Notes under the pieces: model-generated | Database searches by the model: none | What the model saw: only the letters and a program-made list of their open reading frames with translations | What the model was told of the DNA's origin: nothing | Made by a program: the position numbers and the translations under genes | Shown: piece after piece, positions 1 to 8,831 of the stretch | How the letters are laid out: each line of letters starts with the position of its first letter | Position numbering within the stretch: position 1 is the first letter of the stretch | Assembly: GCA_023248995.1 (NCBI GenBank) | Contig: JAHFDN010000005.1 | Span: forward strand, 2,341 to 66,340 | Length of the DNA: 64,000 nucleotides | Reading direction: 5' to 3' | DNA from: Candidatus Rokuibacteriota bacterium | Lineage (GTDB): Bacteria; Methylomirabilota; Methylomirabilia; Rokubacteriales; CSP1-6

Positions 1-561
1 TCGGCTCAACCGAAGGCGCGGGCCCTCGAGGAACAGCACCTCCGCATCGTCGCCGACCAGGTGGGCCCAGACCACGTGCTTCGTCCGAAGCTCCCGTCCG
101 ACGAGCGCGACCAGGTCGTGGCAGGCCACGGTCAGCACCTGCGGGGCGAGCCGGGCCTCCTCCAGAAGGCGGAGGGCGCGGTCCACCGTGCGGCGCTCTG
201 CGGCCACGAGGAGCACGCGCTGGGGCTCGCCCCGGCCGGCCGGGAGCGGGAGGAAGTCGAAGACGGCCTCCTCGGCGGGAAACGGGAGGTGGCGCTCGAG
301 CTCGAAGGCGACCATCTGGGCGAGGTTGCCCTCCGCGGCGGGGGGGAGCTCGAGGATCTTGACCGTCGCGAGCTTCCGCTGGAGCGCAACTCGCACCCGG
401 TGGACGCTGAGCCGCCGCGCTTCGAGCTCGGCTTTGAGGACCGCGGCGGGGTTCTCCTGCGCCTCGAGCGTGAAGGCCTGGCGCAGCCGGCCCCGCTGGA
501 GCGCCACGACGGCGAGGCCCTGGTCCCTGAGGACGATGCCGACCTGGAGCCCGCCGATCAC
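1..561 (-). CDS. GspL/PilM-like type II secretion assembly protein, N-terminal ~187 aa; the gene continues beyond the left edge
   Basis: Hand translation of the minus strand gives IGGLQVGIVLRDQGLAVVALQRG...LERHLPFPAEEAVFDF..., the actin-like cytoplasmic-domain signature of GspL/PilM. A GTG start at 561-559 overlaps the gspK stop (GTGA). Its position after gspK fits the canonical E-F-G-H-I-J-K-L order. It is absent from the ORF track because there is no stop inside the window. Confidence 0.55.
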   Translation of the reverse strand, partial: MIGGLQVGIVLRDQGLAVVALQRGRLRQAFTLEAQENPAAVLKAELEARRLSVHRVRVALQRKLATVKILELPPAAEGNLAQMVAFELERHLPFPAEEAVFDFLPLPAGRGEPQRVLLVAAERRTVDRALRLLEEARLAPQVLTVACHDLVALVGRELRTKHVVWAHLVGDDAEVLFLEGPRLRLSR

Positions 562-1490
562 GGCCGCCCCGGGGTCGTGGGGTTCCACGCCAGCACGAGG
601 CCGCTCGGCTGGCCGGCCGCATCCGTGGCCTTCTGAACGATCGCGACGGCGTGCGCGACGCGCTCGCCCCCGACGAAGCCCTCGGCCTCGACCCGAAACG
701 TGCGGGTGGAGACCGAGAGGCCCCGGCCGGAGAACTGGGGCGGAACTGTTGGGTAGGGCCTCAGGGCTCGGGACTGGACGATCTGGGAGATCTCGGCCTC
801 GGACAGTGCCAGCGCCTTGAGGACCGTGGGGGAGGCGGTGTTGATGTTCACCTGGCCGGCGCCGCGCACCGTGACGAACTCCGCGAGGCCCGGCTCGCCG
901 CTCCTTCCGAAGAAGATCTCCGGCGTCACCCCGTGGATCTGGAGGAGTTCCGTCACGTCTTCGAGATTCGCGTTCCGCGCGCGGTAGGGGACCGGGAGCC
1001 GGAGGTAGTCCTCGCTCTCCGCCCCGTTGGCGCGGCGCAGCTCGTTGGGATCCTTCCAATCCTGGAGCGAGTCGTTGATGACGTCGCGCTTCTCCTTCGA
1101 GACCGCGAGCGCGGTGAGGAGACGATCCACGCGGTCCGGGGGCGCCCCGTTCAGGTTGATGCGGGCCTCCTCGTCGGTGATCCGGTAGGAGAACGTGCCG
1201 CGCCCGAGGGGCACGTCGGCTCGCGCCAGGCGGGGGAGCGCCCGATCCGGCAGCCGGTAGAGCGTCAGGACGCCGTCGGCGAGGCCGACGAGCTGGGAGT
1301 CCGTGACAATCTCGCGGATGGCCTGCTGGACGGCGGCCTCGGCCAGGTGCCCGCCGATGATGCCCTCCCGGTAGCTCCGGACCATCGTCGCCTCGAGCCG
1401 CATGGAGAACGCGAACTCCGTCACGATGACGCTCAGGAGCGCCAGCACCAGCGTGACCGCGAGGAGCGCGAATCCGCGCTGGCCGCTCAC
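558..1490 (-). CDS. gspK: Type II secretion system minor pseudopilin GspK
   Basis: 310 aa. It has an N-terminal prepilin-like motif (GFALLAVTLVLALLSVIV) and the size and repeated-domain architecture typical of GspK. It sits at the end of the pseudopilin gene series. Confidence 0.7.
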   Translation of the reverse strand: MSGQRGFALLAVTLVLALLSVIVTEFAFSMRLEATMVRSYREGIIGGHLAEAAVQQAIREIVTDSQLVGLADGVLTLYRLPDRALPRLARADVPLGRGTFSYRITDEEARINLNGAPPDRVDRLLTALAVSKEKRDVINDSLQDWKDPNELRRANGAESEDYLRLPVPYRARNANLEDVTELLQIHGVTPEIFFGRSGEPGLAEFVTVRGAGQVNINTASPTVLKALALSEAEISQIVQSRALRPYPTVPPQFSGRGLSVSTRTFRVEAEGFVGGERVAHAVAIVQKATDAAGQPSGLVLAWNPTTPGRP

Positions 1491-2092
1491 GGCGTCCTCA
1501 CCGGGATGGAGATCGTGAGCGGCGGCAGGGATTGGACGCGGCCCCCGGGCGCTGCCGTGAGCGTGATCTGGACCGCCTGGGGCAGCGCGCCTTCCGCCGC
1601 GCCGTCCCAGCGCTCCTCCCAGCCTCCGTCCCGCCGGAGGTAGCGGAACTTCATTGCCGTCACGGCCTGATCCACGAAGAGCGGCTCGGCGTCCTCGAAG
1701 GGCTCGAAGTTAGGGAGGGCCTTCTGGGTGATCGCGAGCCCTCGGGTTTCGCCGTCGCGCCACGCCAGGGTCACCGCGGCGAACGCCACCGGGGCGGCGA
1801 GCGGGAACGGCGGCGAGAAGGTGACGAAGGAGAGGCGGCCCTCTTCGCCCATGAACTGGACCCGCGCCGTCCCGCCTTCGGGCGGGCTCTGGTGGTAGGG
1901 GAACGTCGCCGCCACCGAGCCCGCGAGCAGCTCCGAGAGGCTCCTCAGGTGCTGGTGCACCTCGGCGCGCTCCTCCCCCTGGTGCCAGGCGGCGAAGCCG
2001 ACTCGGAGGGCGCCGAGCAGGATCAGGACGAGCGCAGCCGCGATGGCCAGGGCGAGCAGGAGCTCGAGGAGCGTGAATCCGCGCTCCTTCAT
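1487..2092 (-). CDS. gspJ: Type II secretion pseudopilin GspJ
   Basis: 201 aa with an N-terminal prepilin cleavage/methylation motif (ERGFTLLELLLALAI). It overlaps gspK by 4 bp. Confidence 0.65.
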   Translation of the reverse strand: MKERGFTLLELLLALAIAAALVLILLGALRVGFAAWHQGEERAEVHQHLRSLSELLAGSVAATFPYHQSPPEGGTARVQFMGEEGRLSFVTFSPPFPLAAPVAFAAVTLAWRDGETRGLAITQKALPNFEPFEDAEPLFVDQAVTAMKFRYLRRDGGWEERWDGAAEGALPQAVQITLTAAPGGRVQSLPPLTISIPVRTP

Positions 2093-2469
2093 TGGGGCAG
2101 CGGCTCCCGCGCCGTGCGCAGGGTGGCGACCTCGACGGTTCGGTTAGCGCCCCAGCGCACCTCGACGCTCAGGCGGTAGAGGCGGATGGGAGCGGTGCTG
2201 ACGACGGTGAGCTCCTCCGGCACCGGGACCACCGTCGCCCGGCGTTCCCACTGGAAGACGCCTTCCTGGCCCGTCTCGATCCCCTCGCGGACGGTTTCCA
2301 CCTCCCGCGCCTTCTGGTCCGCCAGCAGGACCGCCTGCTGGTAGTCCCCTGACACCTTGAGGAGGCGGAGCCCCTGGGCGAAGAGCTGGATTGCGGTGAC
2401 CACCGCCAGGCTCAGGATCGCCAGGGCCACGAGGACCTCGAGAAGCGTGAACCCGTGCTCGCGCTTCAT
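2089..2469 (-). CDS. gspI: Type II secretion pseudopilin GspI
   Basis: 126 aa with a prepilin N-terminus (HGFTLLEVLVALAI). Its size and position match GspI. Confidence 0.65.
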   Translation of the reverse strand: MKREHGFTLLEVLVALAILSLAVVTAIQLFAQGLRLLKVSGDYQQAVLLADQKAREVETVREGIETGQEGVFQWERRATVVPVPEELTVVSTAPIRLYRLSVEVRWGANRTVEVATLRTAREPLPQ

Positions 2470-2909
2470 CAGCCTGCCCGCGCGTTGGTGACCCGCCCGG
2501 TCAGCGGATCGACCCGCACCGAGTAGGCGCGCCCGTCGGCGCCCACGAGGCGAAAGCTCCCGCCGCTCGAGACGCCGCGCGAGGAGAAGGTGATGGTGAG
2601 GCCGGTCGACGACTCGGCCTGGAGAGTGACCCGCGGGGACAGCCGGCGGCTCAGCCGCGCGCTGTCCGCTCCGGTCGCCTTGAGGGTCAGGAGGTGCGCG
2701 TCGGGGCGCACGCTGACCTCCTGGGCCTCCCGCCGCGTGATCGCCTGCTGCCGGGCGTAGCGGAGAAAGGCCGAGAAGGCGGCCACGTCGGCCCGGAGTT
2801 GGACCGCGTCAACGCCGCGACCGACGGCGGGGAGCGCGAGGCCGGCCACGAGGGCCATGATCAACAGGACGAGGATGAGCTCCAGGAGCGTGAAGCCGCG
2901 CTCCCTCAC
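2469..2909 (-). CDS. gspH: Type II secretion pseudopilin GspH
   Basis: The prepilin motif RERGFTLLELILVLLIMALVAG lies directly after a GTG at 2909-2907. That GTG overlaps the gspG stop (GTGA). The track ORF extends further upstream to 3014 and overlaps gspG, so the shorter GTG start is preferred. Confidence 0.55.
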   Translation of the reverse strand: MRERGFTLLELILVLLIMALVAGLALPAVGRGVDAVQLRADVAAFSAFLRYARQQAITRREAQEVSVRPDAHLLTLKATGADSARLSRRLSPRVTLQAESSTGLTITFSSRGVSSGGSFRLVGADGRAYSVRVDPLTGRVTNARAG

Positions 2910-3403
2910 TTGACGTCCCACGAGCCGATATCGGCGTTCTCCCCCTCGCCGCCGGGCGCCCCGTCGGCTCCGTAGCTCCAGATGTCGTAGTCGCCGTGGT
3001 CCCCCGGGCAGCACTTGTAATGGTAGGGGTTCCCCCAGGAATCTTTGGGGATGGCGGGCTTCTTGAGGTAGGGCCCGTTCCAGTTGGCGGCGCCGGGATT
3101 CCGCACGAGGGCGTCGAGCCCCTGGCCCGCGGCGGGGTACGAGCCCACGTCGAGGCGGTACTGGTCGAGGCCGGCCCCCAGAAGCTCGATCTGCGCCCTG
3201 GCCGCGGCCTGTTTGGACTGGCCGACGCGACCAAAGATGCGCGGGCCGACCAGGCCCACGATCAGCCCGAGGATGATGATGACGACGATGAGCTCGATGA
3301 GCGTGAACCCGCGCTCGTCCCGGAGGCGCACCCCCTCACCTTTATCCTCTCCCCCTCGGGGGGGAGAGGGCAGGGTGAGGGGGACCGGTGCAATCGAATT
3401 CAT
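2906..3403 (-). CDS. gspG: Type II secretion major pseudopilin GspG
   Basis: The C-terminal 165 aa of track ORF 2906..4846 are ...ERGFTLIELIVVIIILGLIVGLVGP...QAAARAQI... This is the canonical GspG fold signature, with ATG at 3403-3401. The leader before GFTLIE is unusually long (~30 aa), so the true start may be internal. Confidence 0.7.
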   Translation of the reverse strand: MNSIAPVPLTLPSPPRGGEDKGEGVRLRDERGFTLIELIVVIIILGLIVGLVGPRIFGRVGQSKQAAARAQIELLGAGLDQYRLDVGSYPAAGQGLDALVRNPGAANWNGPYLKKPAIPKDSWGNPYHYKCCPGDHGDYDIWSYGADGAPGGEGENADIGSWDVK

Positions 3404-4611
3404 GACGGAATCTCGCTGATGGAGAAGATCGCCATGGCAATCGCGACCACGATGAAGCCCACCAGGACGGCCATGAGGACGATGATGCTGGGCTCCAGGA
3501 GCGTGAGGAACCGCTTCACCTGGTTCCGCACCTCCACCTCGAAGGCTTCGGCCACTTTCAAGAGCGTCTCCTCCAGCCGGCCGGTCTCCTCGCCGACGCG
3601 GACCATGTGAAGGGCGAGCGGTGGGAAAGCGCCGCTCTCTCCCATGGGCCCCGACAGCCCGGCCCCGCGCTTGACGGCGGCGACGAGGCGCTCCACGGCG
3701 AGGGCCAGGACGCGGTTCGACACGATCTCCTTCACGACCGCCAGCGCCCCGAGGACAGGGACGCCGCTCCGGAGGAGCGTGCCCAGCGTCCGGCAGAAGC
3801 GCGCGACCTCCGCCTTGCGAATCACGTCGCCGACGAACGGGAGCCTGAGCGTGGCGCGGTCCCACTTGAGCCGCCCTTCGGGCGTGGCGACGAGGAGGCG
3901 CGCACCGAGCGCGGCGGCTGCCGCCCCGCCGGCCAGGGCCCACCAGTAGTCCCGGAGGGTCGAGCTCACGCCAAGGACGATCTGGGTGGGCAGCGGCAAC
4001 GCTTGGCCGAGGTCGGCGAAGATCTCGGCGAAGCGGGGGATCACGAAGGTGAGGAGAAAGGTGATGGCGCCCCCCATGGCGACAAGGAGGATGATGGGGT
4101 AGATGAGCGCGGACCTGATCGCCTCCCTGAGATCCTGAGACGCCTCGAGGAATTCGGCGACGCGCCGGAGCGTCACCTCCAGCACGCCGCCCTTCTCGCC
4201 CGCCCGCACCATGTTGACGTAGAGGCGGGAGAACGGGTGCGGGTGGTGCTTGGCCAGGGCGTCGGCGAAGGACGCCCCGCCCCTCACGCTCTTCAGGAGG
4301 TCGCCGACGACGGCCTTGAGGCGGGGGCTGGGTGCCAATTCCTCGAGCACGGACAGCGCCCGATCGAGGGGCAGCCCGGCCTCGAAGAGGGTGGCGAGCT
4401 GCTGGGTGAAGGCCACGAGGTCGCGGTTGCCGACGCCGCGGGCCGTGAGCTGGCGCCAGAGCCCGGCACGCTCCGCTTGCGCGGCGACCTCGATGGGGTA
4501 GTACTCCTCCCGGTGCAGGCGCTCCACCACCGCCCGCTGGTCGGGGGCCTCCATGACCCCGGCGATGGTCTTGCCCCGCTGGTCCGCCGCCTTGTAGACG
4601 AAGACCGGCAT
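3400..4611 (-). CDS. gspF: Type II secretion inner-membrane platform protein GspF
   Basis: 403 aa, polytopic, with the duplicated GspF/PilC-type domains. It overlaps the gspG start by 4 bp. Confidence 0.8.
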   Translation of the reverse strand: MPVFVYKAADQRGKTIAGVMEAPDQRAVVERLHREEYYPIEVAAQAERAGLWRQLTARGVGNRDLVAFTQQLATLFEAGLPLDRALSVLEELAPSPRLKAVVGDLLKSVRGGASFADALAKHHPHPFSRLYVNMVRAGEKGGVLEVTLRRVAEFLEASQDLREAIRSALIYPIILLVAMGGAITFLLTFVIPRFAEIFADLGQALPLPTQIVLGVSSTLRDYWWALAGGAAAAALGARLLVATPEGRLKWDRATLRLPFVGDVIRKAEVARFCRTLGTLLRSGVPVLGALAVVKEIVSNRVLALAVERLVAAVKRGAGLSGPMGESGAFPPLALHMVRVGEETGRLEETLLKVAEAFEVEVRNQVKRFLTLLEPSIIVLMAVLVGFIVVAIAMAIFSISEIPS

Positions 4612-4620
4612 CCGCTCCCC

Positions 4621-6354
4621 TTACTCTTCCTCCTGGGTCACGCGGAGAACTTCCTCGATCGTGGTGATGCCCAGCTTGGCTTTGACCCAGCCGTCCTCGC
4701 GGAGCGTGCTCATCCCGAGCTCGCTGATCGCGCGCCCGCGGATCTCGCCGGCGGGCGCCTTGCGCACGATGAGGCTCCGCACCTCTTCGCTGATGACGAA
4801 CAGCTCGTAGATGCCCGTGCGTCCCCGGTAGCCGGTGCCGCGGCACTGGTCGCAGCCCGCGCCCTTGAACAGGGGCCGGCCCTCCTCACCCGGCCCCTGC
4901 CCGGCCGGCTCCAGCGCCTCCGGGAGCCCCAGGGCGCGCAGGTCGGCGGGATCGGCAGCGTGGGAAACGCGACACGCCAGGCAGATCCGGCGCACCAAGC
5001 GCTGGGCCAGGACGCCGTGGAGCACCGAGGAGATCAGGTACGGCTCGCAGCCCATGTTCTCGAGCCGCGTGATCGCGCTGGTGGCGTCGTTGGTGTGGAG
5101 CGTCGAGAAGACCAGGTGGCCGGTTAGGGCGGCCTGGATGGAGATCTCGGCGGTTTCCAGATCGCGGATCTCGCCGACCATGATGATGTCCGGATCCTGG
5201 CGGACGATGTGGCGGAGGCCGTTGACGAACGTCAGGCCGATCTTCGGCTTGACCGCGATCTGGTTCACGCCCTTGAGCTGGTACTCCACCGGCTCCTCGA
5301 TCGTGATGATCTTCTGGCCCGGGGAGTTGATCTTGTCCAGGGCGCCGTAGAGGGTGGTCGTCTTCCCCGAGCCCGTGGGCCCCGTCACCAGCAGCATCCC
5401 GTGGGGCCGCACGATCAGGCTTTCGAAGAGGCGGCGCGTGTCGGGCGCGAAGCCCAGCTTCTCCAGGGGCAGGAAGATGGACGAGCGGTCCAGGAGCCGC
5501 ATGACGATGGATTCGCCGTGAACGGTGGGAATGGTGGAAACGCGGATGTCGATGCGGCGGCCGCCGAGCGTCACCCGGATCCGCCCGTCCTGCGGGAGCC
5601 GCCGCTCGGCGATGTTGAGCTCCGCCATGATCTTGATCCGCGAGGTGACCGCCGCCTGGAGCCGCCGCGGGGGAGATTCTTGATCGAACAGGACGCCGTC
5701 GATGCGGTAGCGGACGCGCAGGCTGTCCTCGAAGGGCTCGATGTGGATGTCGGAGGCCTCGGCCATCACCGCGTTCTCGATGAGAAGATTCACCAGGCGC
5801 ACCACGGGGGCCTCGAAGGCCATGTCGCGGAGCTGGTTGATATCCTCCTCTCCCTCGCCGCCGCCGCCCTCCTCCCGGATCCCTTCCACGATGCGCTGGA
5901 GCGGGCTCGACGCCCCCGCGCCGTAGGTCCGCTCGATCGCCTCCAAGATGGCTTCCTCCGGCGCCACGGCCAGCTTGATCCCGGGCCCGATCGACTGGCG
6001 GAGATCGTCCAGGAGCAGCGGGTTGGCGGGATCGGACGTCGCGACGGTGAGGATGGACCCCTCGATCGAGATCGGGCAGACGCGGTAGTGGCGCAGGTAC
6101 TTCGGCGAGAGGTTCTTGACGAGAGGGGCCGAAGAGGGAAGCTCCTCGCGCGTGAGATAGGGGAGACCCTGCTGCTGGGCGAGGGCCCGGAGCACGTCGT
6201 CCTTTCCCACCGCGCCCATGGCTACCAGGACCTCCCCGATGGGGGCCCGCGTCGCCTTCTGACGGGCGAGCGCCGCCTGGAGCGTCTCCGGCGTGATGAG
6301 GCCGGCGTCCAGGAGCACCTGTCCCAGGGGCGTTCTCGTGACGGTAATCGCCAT
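4621..6354 (-). CDS. gspE: Type II secretion ATPase GspE
   Basis: 577 aa. It has a Walker A motif (GPTGSGKTT), an Asp box, a His box and the CxxC...CxxC zinc motif typical of GspE/PilB secretion ATPases. Confidence 0.85.
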   Translation of the reverse strand: MAITVTRTPLGQVLLDAGLITPETLQAALARQKATRAPIGEVLVAMGAVGKDDVLRALAQQQGLPYLTREELPSSAPLVKNLSPKYLRHYRVCPISIEGSILTVATSDPANPLLLDDLRQSIGPGIKLAVAPEEAILEAIERTYGAGASSPLQRIVEGIREEGGGGEGEEDINQLRDMAFEAPVVRLVNLLIENAVMAEASDIHIEPFEDSLRVRYRIDGVLFDQESPPRRLQAAVTSRIKIMAELNIAERRLPQDGRIRVTLGGRRIDIRVSTIPTVHGESIVMRLLDRSSIFLPLEKLGFAPDTRRLFESLIVRPHGMLLVTGPTGSGKTTTLYGALDKINSPGQKIITIEEPVEYQLKGVNQIAVKPKIGLTFVNGLRHIVRQDPDIIMVGEIRDLETAEISIQAALTGHLVFSTLHTNDATSAITRLENMGCEPYLISSVLHGVLAQRLVRRICLACRVSHAADPADLRALGLPEALEPAGQGPGEEGRPLFKGAGCDQCRGTGYRGRTGIYELFVISEEVRSLIVRKAPAGEIRGRAISELGMSTLREDGWVKAKLGITTIEEVLRVTQEEE

Positions 6355-6447
6355 TTGCGGTCGGCGCGCCTCTCTCTTTCAACACTACCCAAGGGAGCGG
6401 AAACCCACAAGTAAAAAAGGGGTTCCGGTCCCATCGCCCGCGACGGC

Positions 6448-6476
6448 TTGACAGGGCGAGCCCCGGGCATTAGACT
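6448..6476 (+). promoter_or_regulatory. Candidate sigma70 promoter: TTGACA, 17 nt spacer, TAGACT
   Basis: Consensus -35 at 6448-6453, a 17-nt spacer and a -10-like TAGACT at 6471-6476. It lies about 40 nt upstream of the zupT start. Confidence 0.4.
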
Positions 6477-6516
6477 CGCCCACCTGCTCACCCGTCGGTG
6501 AGCGGGCCCGGAGCGA

Positions 6517-7260
6517 GTGATGACCCCGTACGCGTGGAGCCTGGTTCTGGGGACCGTGGCTGGCCTGGCCGACGTCGCGGGCGCCCTGATCCTGACCGGC
6601 AGACGGCGGTGGGACCGCGCGGCCCTGAAGTACTTCCTCGCCGTGGGCGCCGGCTTCATGCTCGCGGCGGCGTTCGTCAGGATGCTCCCCGAGAGTGTCG
6701 AGAAGCTTCCCCACGCTTTCTTCTTCGTCCTGCTGGGCTACTTCGGCATCCACCTCTTCGAGCACACCGTCGCGCCGCATTTCCACTTCGGCGAGGAGGT
6801 CCATCCGGAGGCGCTCATTCATCCGTCGGTGGGCTACCTGGCGTTTGTCGGCCTTGGCGTCCACACGATCTTCGACGGAGTGGCCATCGCCTCGGGCTTC
6901 ATCATCAGACCGGGGCTCGGGCTCCTCCTCTTTTTCGCCGTGCTGCTCCACAAGCTGCCGGAAGGTTTCGCCATGGCGTCCGTCATGCTGGCGGCCGGGC
7001 GGACGCCGCGGGCCGCCCTGGGCGCGGCCGTCGCGCTCGGCGCCTTCACGGTGGCCGGCGTGCTGCTGACGTCGCTCTTCACCCAGTTCGTCGGATACGC
7101 GCTCGCACTCTCCGCCGGCGTGACGATTTACGTGGCAGCCTCGGACCTGATCCCCGAGGTGAACCGCGAGCCCGGCCCGGGCGTGGCCTGGGCCGTGTTC
7201 GGGGGGCTCGTGCTCTTCGCCGGCGCGGACGCGGTCGTCACGACCTTCGGCCTCCACTAG
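6517..7260 (+). CDS. zupT: ZIP family metal (zinc) permease
   Basis: 247 aa with about 8 transmembrane segments. His-rich motifs (HLFEHTVAPHFHFGEE, HKLPEGFAMAS) are characteristic of the ZupT/ZIP family. Confidence 0.75.
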   Translation: MMTPYAWSLVLGTVAGLADVAGALILTGRRRWDRAALKYFLAVGAGFMLAAAFVRMLPESVEKLPHAFFFVLLGYFGIHLFEHTVAPHFHFGEEVHPEALIHPSVGYLAFVGLGVHTIFDGVAIASGFIIRPGLGLLLFFAVLLHKLPEGFAMASVMLAAGRTPRAALGAAVALGAFTVAGVLLTSLFTQFVGYALALSAGVTIYVAASDLIPEVNREPGPGVAWAVFGGLVLFAGADAVVTTFGLH

Positions 7261-7273
7261 CCCCGCGGGTCGC

Positions 7274-8296
7274 TTGCCGGTCGGCCCTGCTTGGTGGTAT
7301 CCTGATGCGCTTTCACTCCGAGAACTCGGATCATCCCGGGAGGATCAGGTGGCGAGACGGTCGGTTGCGCTTCTGGCGGGGAGCCCGGGCAGCCAGGGGG
7401 CAAAGATCAGGCGCGCGCTCGCCCGCCTCGGGTGTTCGGTCAGGACGGTCCGGCCCGGCGAGGATCTCCTTCGTGCGGTCAAGCAATCGCGCCCCGACGT
7501 GATACTCCTCGGCGCCGTCCGGGGCGACGGAAGCCGCGTCACCCTCTGCCGGCTCCTCAAGCACGACCCCGACGCCCGGTCGGTCCCGCTCCTGGCCCTC
7601 CTCGGCTCGCGGCCGAGGCCCGAGCAGTGGAGCCAGGTGGCCCTCGCCGACGAGGTGATCCGGGAGACGGTGCCCGCCGAGGAGATCGCCGTGCGGCTCC
7701 GGACGCTCGCGAGGCTCCGCCGATTGACCCGGGAGACGCGGCGCGCCCTTGGGCTGCTTCGGGCGCAGGCGCGCGTGGATGATCTGACCGGGCTCGCCAC
7801 CCACGGCGCCTTCAAGGAGCGCGTCGAGCGCGAGTTCCAGCGCGCGGCCCGCTACCGCCGGCCGCTTTCGCTCCTGATGGTGGACGTGGATTACTTCAAG
7901 CACTACAACGACAGCTTCGGCCACCCCGCCGGTGACCGCCTGCTCCGTCGCGTGGGACGGCTCGTGGCCGGGGAGCTCCGGCGCGTGGACTTCGGGGCGC
8001 GCTACGGCGGGGACGAGTTCTCCGTGATCCTGCCCGAGACTTCCAAAACGGCCGCGGCCGTGGTCGCCGAGCGGATCCGGCGCTCCATCGAAAAGCACCC
8101 GTTTTCCCACCGGGAATCGCAGCCCCTCGGGTGCGTGACGGTGTCCGTCGGCGTGGCGACGTTCCCCGAGGACGCCGGGGCGAGCGTCAAGCTCGTGGAG
8201 GCTTCGGATCGCGCGCTGTACCAGGCGAAGAACGACGGGCGCAACCGAGTCCGCGGCGCTGGCGCGGGGGCATCGCTCGGGGCGGGCGCGTCGTGA
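7274..8296 (+). CDS. GGDEF diguanylate cyclase with N-terminal degenerate receiver-like domain
   Basis: The C-terminal GGDEF domain carries an intact RYGGDEF active site and the upstream DxLTGL motif. The N-terminal domain resembles a receiver (REC) domain, but the phospho-acceptor position reads VILLGA rather than the usual Asp. The start is uncertain; GTG at ~7349 is an alternative. Confidence 0.7.
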   Translation: MPVGPAWWYPDALSLRELGSSREDQVARRSVALLAGSPGSQGAKIRRALARLGCSVRTVRPGEDLLRAVKQSRPDVILLGAVRGDGSRVTLCRLLKHDPDARSVPLLALLGSRPRPEQWSQVALADEVIRETVPAEEIAVRLRTLARLRRLTRETRRALGLLRAQARVDDLTGLATHGAFKERVEREFQRAARYRRPLSLLMVDVDYFKHYNDSFGHPAGDRLLRRVGRLVAGELRRVDFGARYGGDEFSVILPETSKTAAAVVAERIRRSIEKHPFSHRESQPLGCVTVSVGVATFPEDAGASVKLVEASDRALYQAKNDGRNRVRGAGAGASLGAGAS

Positions 8297-8763
8297 AGCG
8301 GGCCATTCTCGTCCTCCACGGGCCCAATCTGAACCTCCTCGGCAGCCGGGAACCGGAGGTCTACGGCCGCCTGACGCTGGCGCAGGTGGATCGGGAGATC
8401 AAGCGCTACGGGCAGGCGCGCGGGGTCCGCGTCGAGTGCCTCCAGTCCAACCACGAGGGCGAGCTGATCGAGGCACTCCAGACGGCAAGCCGGAAAGGGT
8501 TCAGCGCGATCGTGTTCAATCCCGGCGCCTTCACGCACTACTCCATCGCCCTGCGCGACGCGGTCTCGGCGATCTCGCTCCCCGTCATCGAGGTCCACCT
8601 CTCCAACGTCCACGCCCGAGAGGAGTTCCGCCGTCACTCCGTCATCGCGCCGGCCGCCCGCGGGCAGATCTCCGGCTTCGGACTTCGGAGCTACCTCCTG
8701 GGGATCGACGCCGCGCTGGGGGCCCTCGGATCCCACCGCGAGTCGCGGGGGGGCCGGCGGTGA
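8293..8763 (+). CDS. aroQ: 3-dehydroquinate dehydratase, type II
   Basis: VKRAILVLHGPNLNLLGSREPEVYG...HLSNVHAREEFRRHS is the class II dehydroquinase signature. The GTG start overlaps the preceding stop (GTGA). The track ORF begins further upstream at 8131. Confidence 0.85.
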   Translation: MKRAILVLHGPNLNLLGSREPEVYGRLTLAQVDREIKRYGQARGVRVECLQSNHEGELIEALQTASRKGFSAIVFNPGAFTHYSIALRDAVSAISLPVIEVHLSNVHAREEFRRHSVIAPAARGQISGFGLRSYLLGIDAALGALGSHRESRGGRR

Positions 8764-8831
8764 ATGGTCCAGAACGTCCCGGCGTCTAACCAGCACTGGA
8801 GTCGCCGAGGCGGAGCGGATGAGAGCTCCGT

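Noticed and set aside
61-636. Plus-strand 191-aa ORF at the left edge
   Set aside because: It is antisense to a convincing GspL/PilM-like reading frame on the minus strand, and its composition is Glu/Asp/Gly/Leu/Arg-rich antisense noise.
2906-4846. Track ORF 2906..4846 (646 aa), which would make a giant GspG
   Set aside because: Only the last 165 aa are GspG. The upstream part overlaps gspF in another frame and is Arg/Gly/Pro-rich noise.
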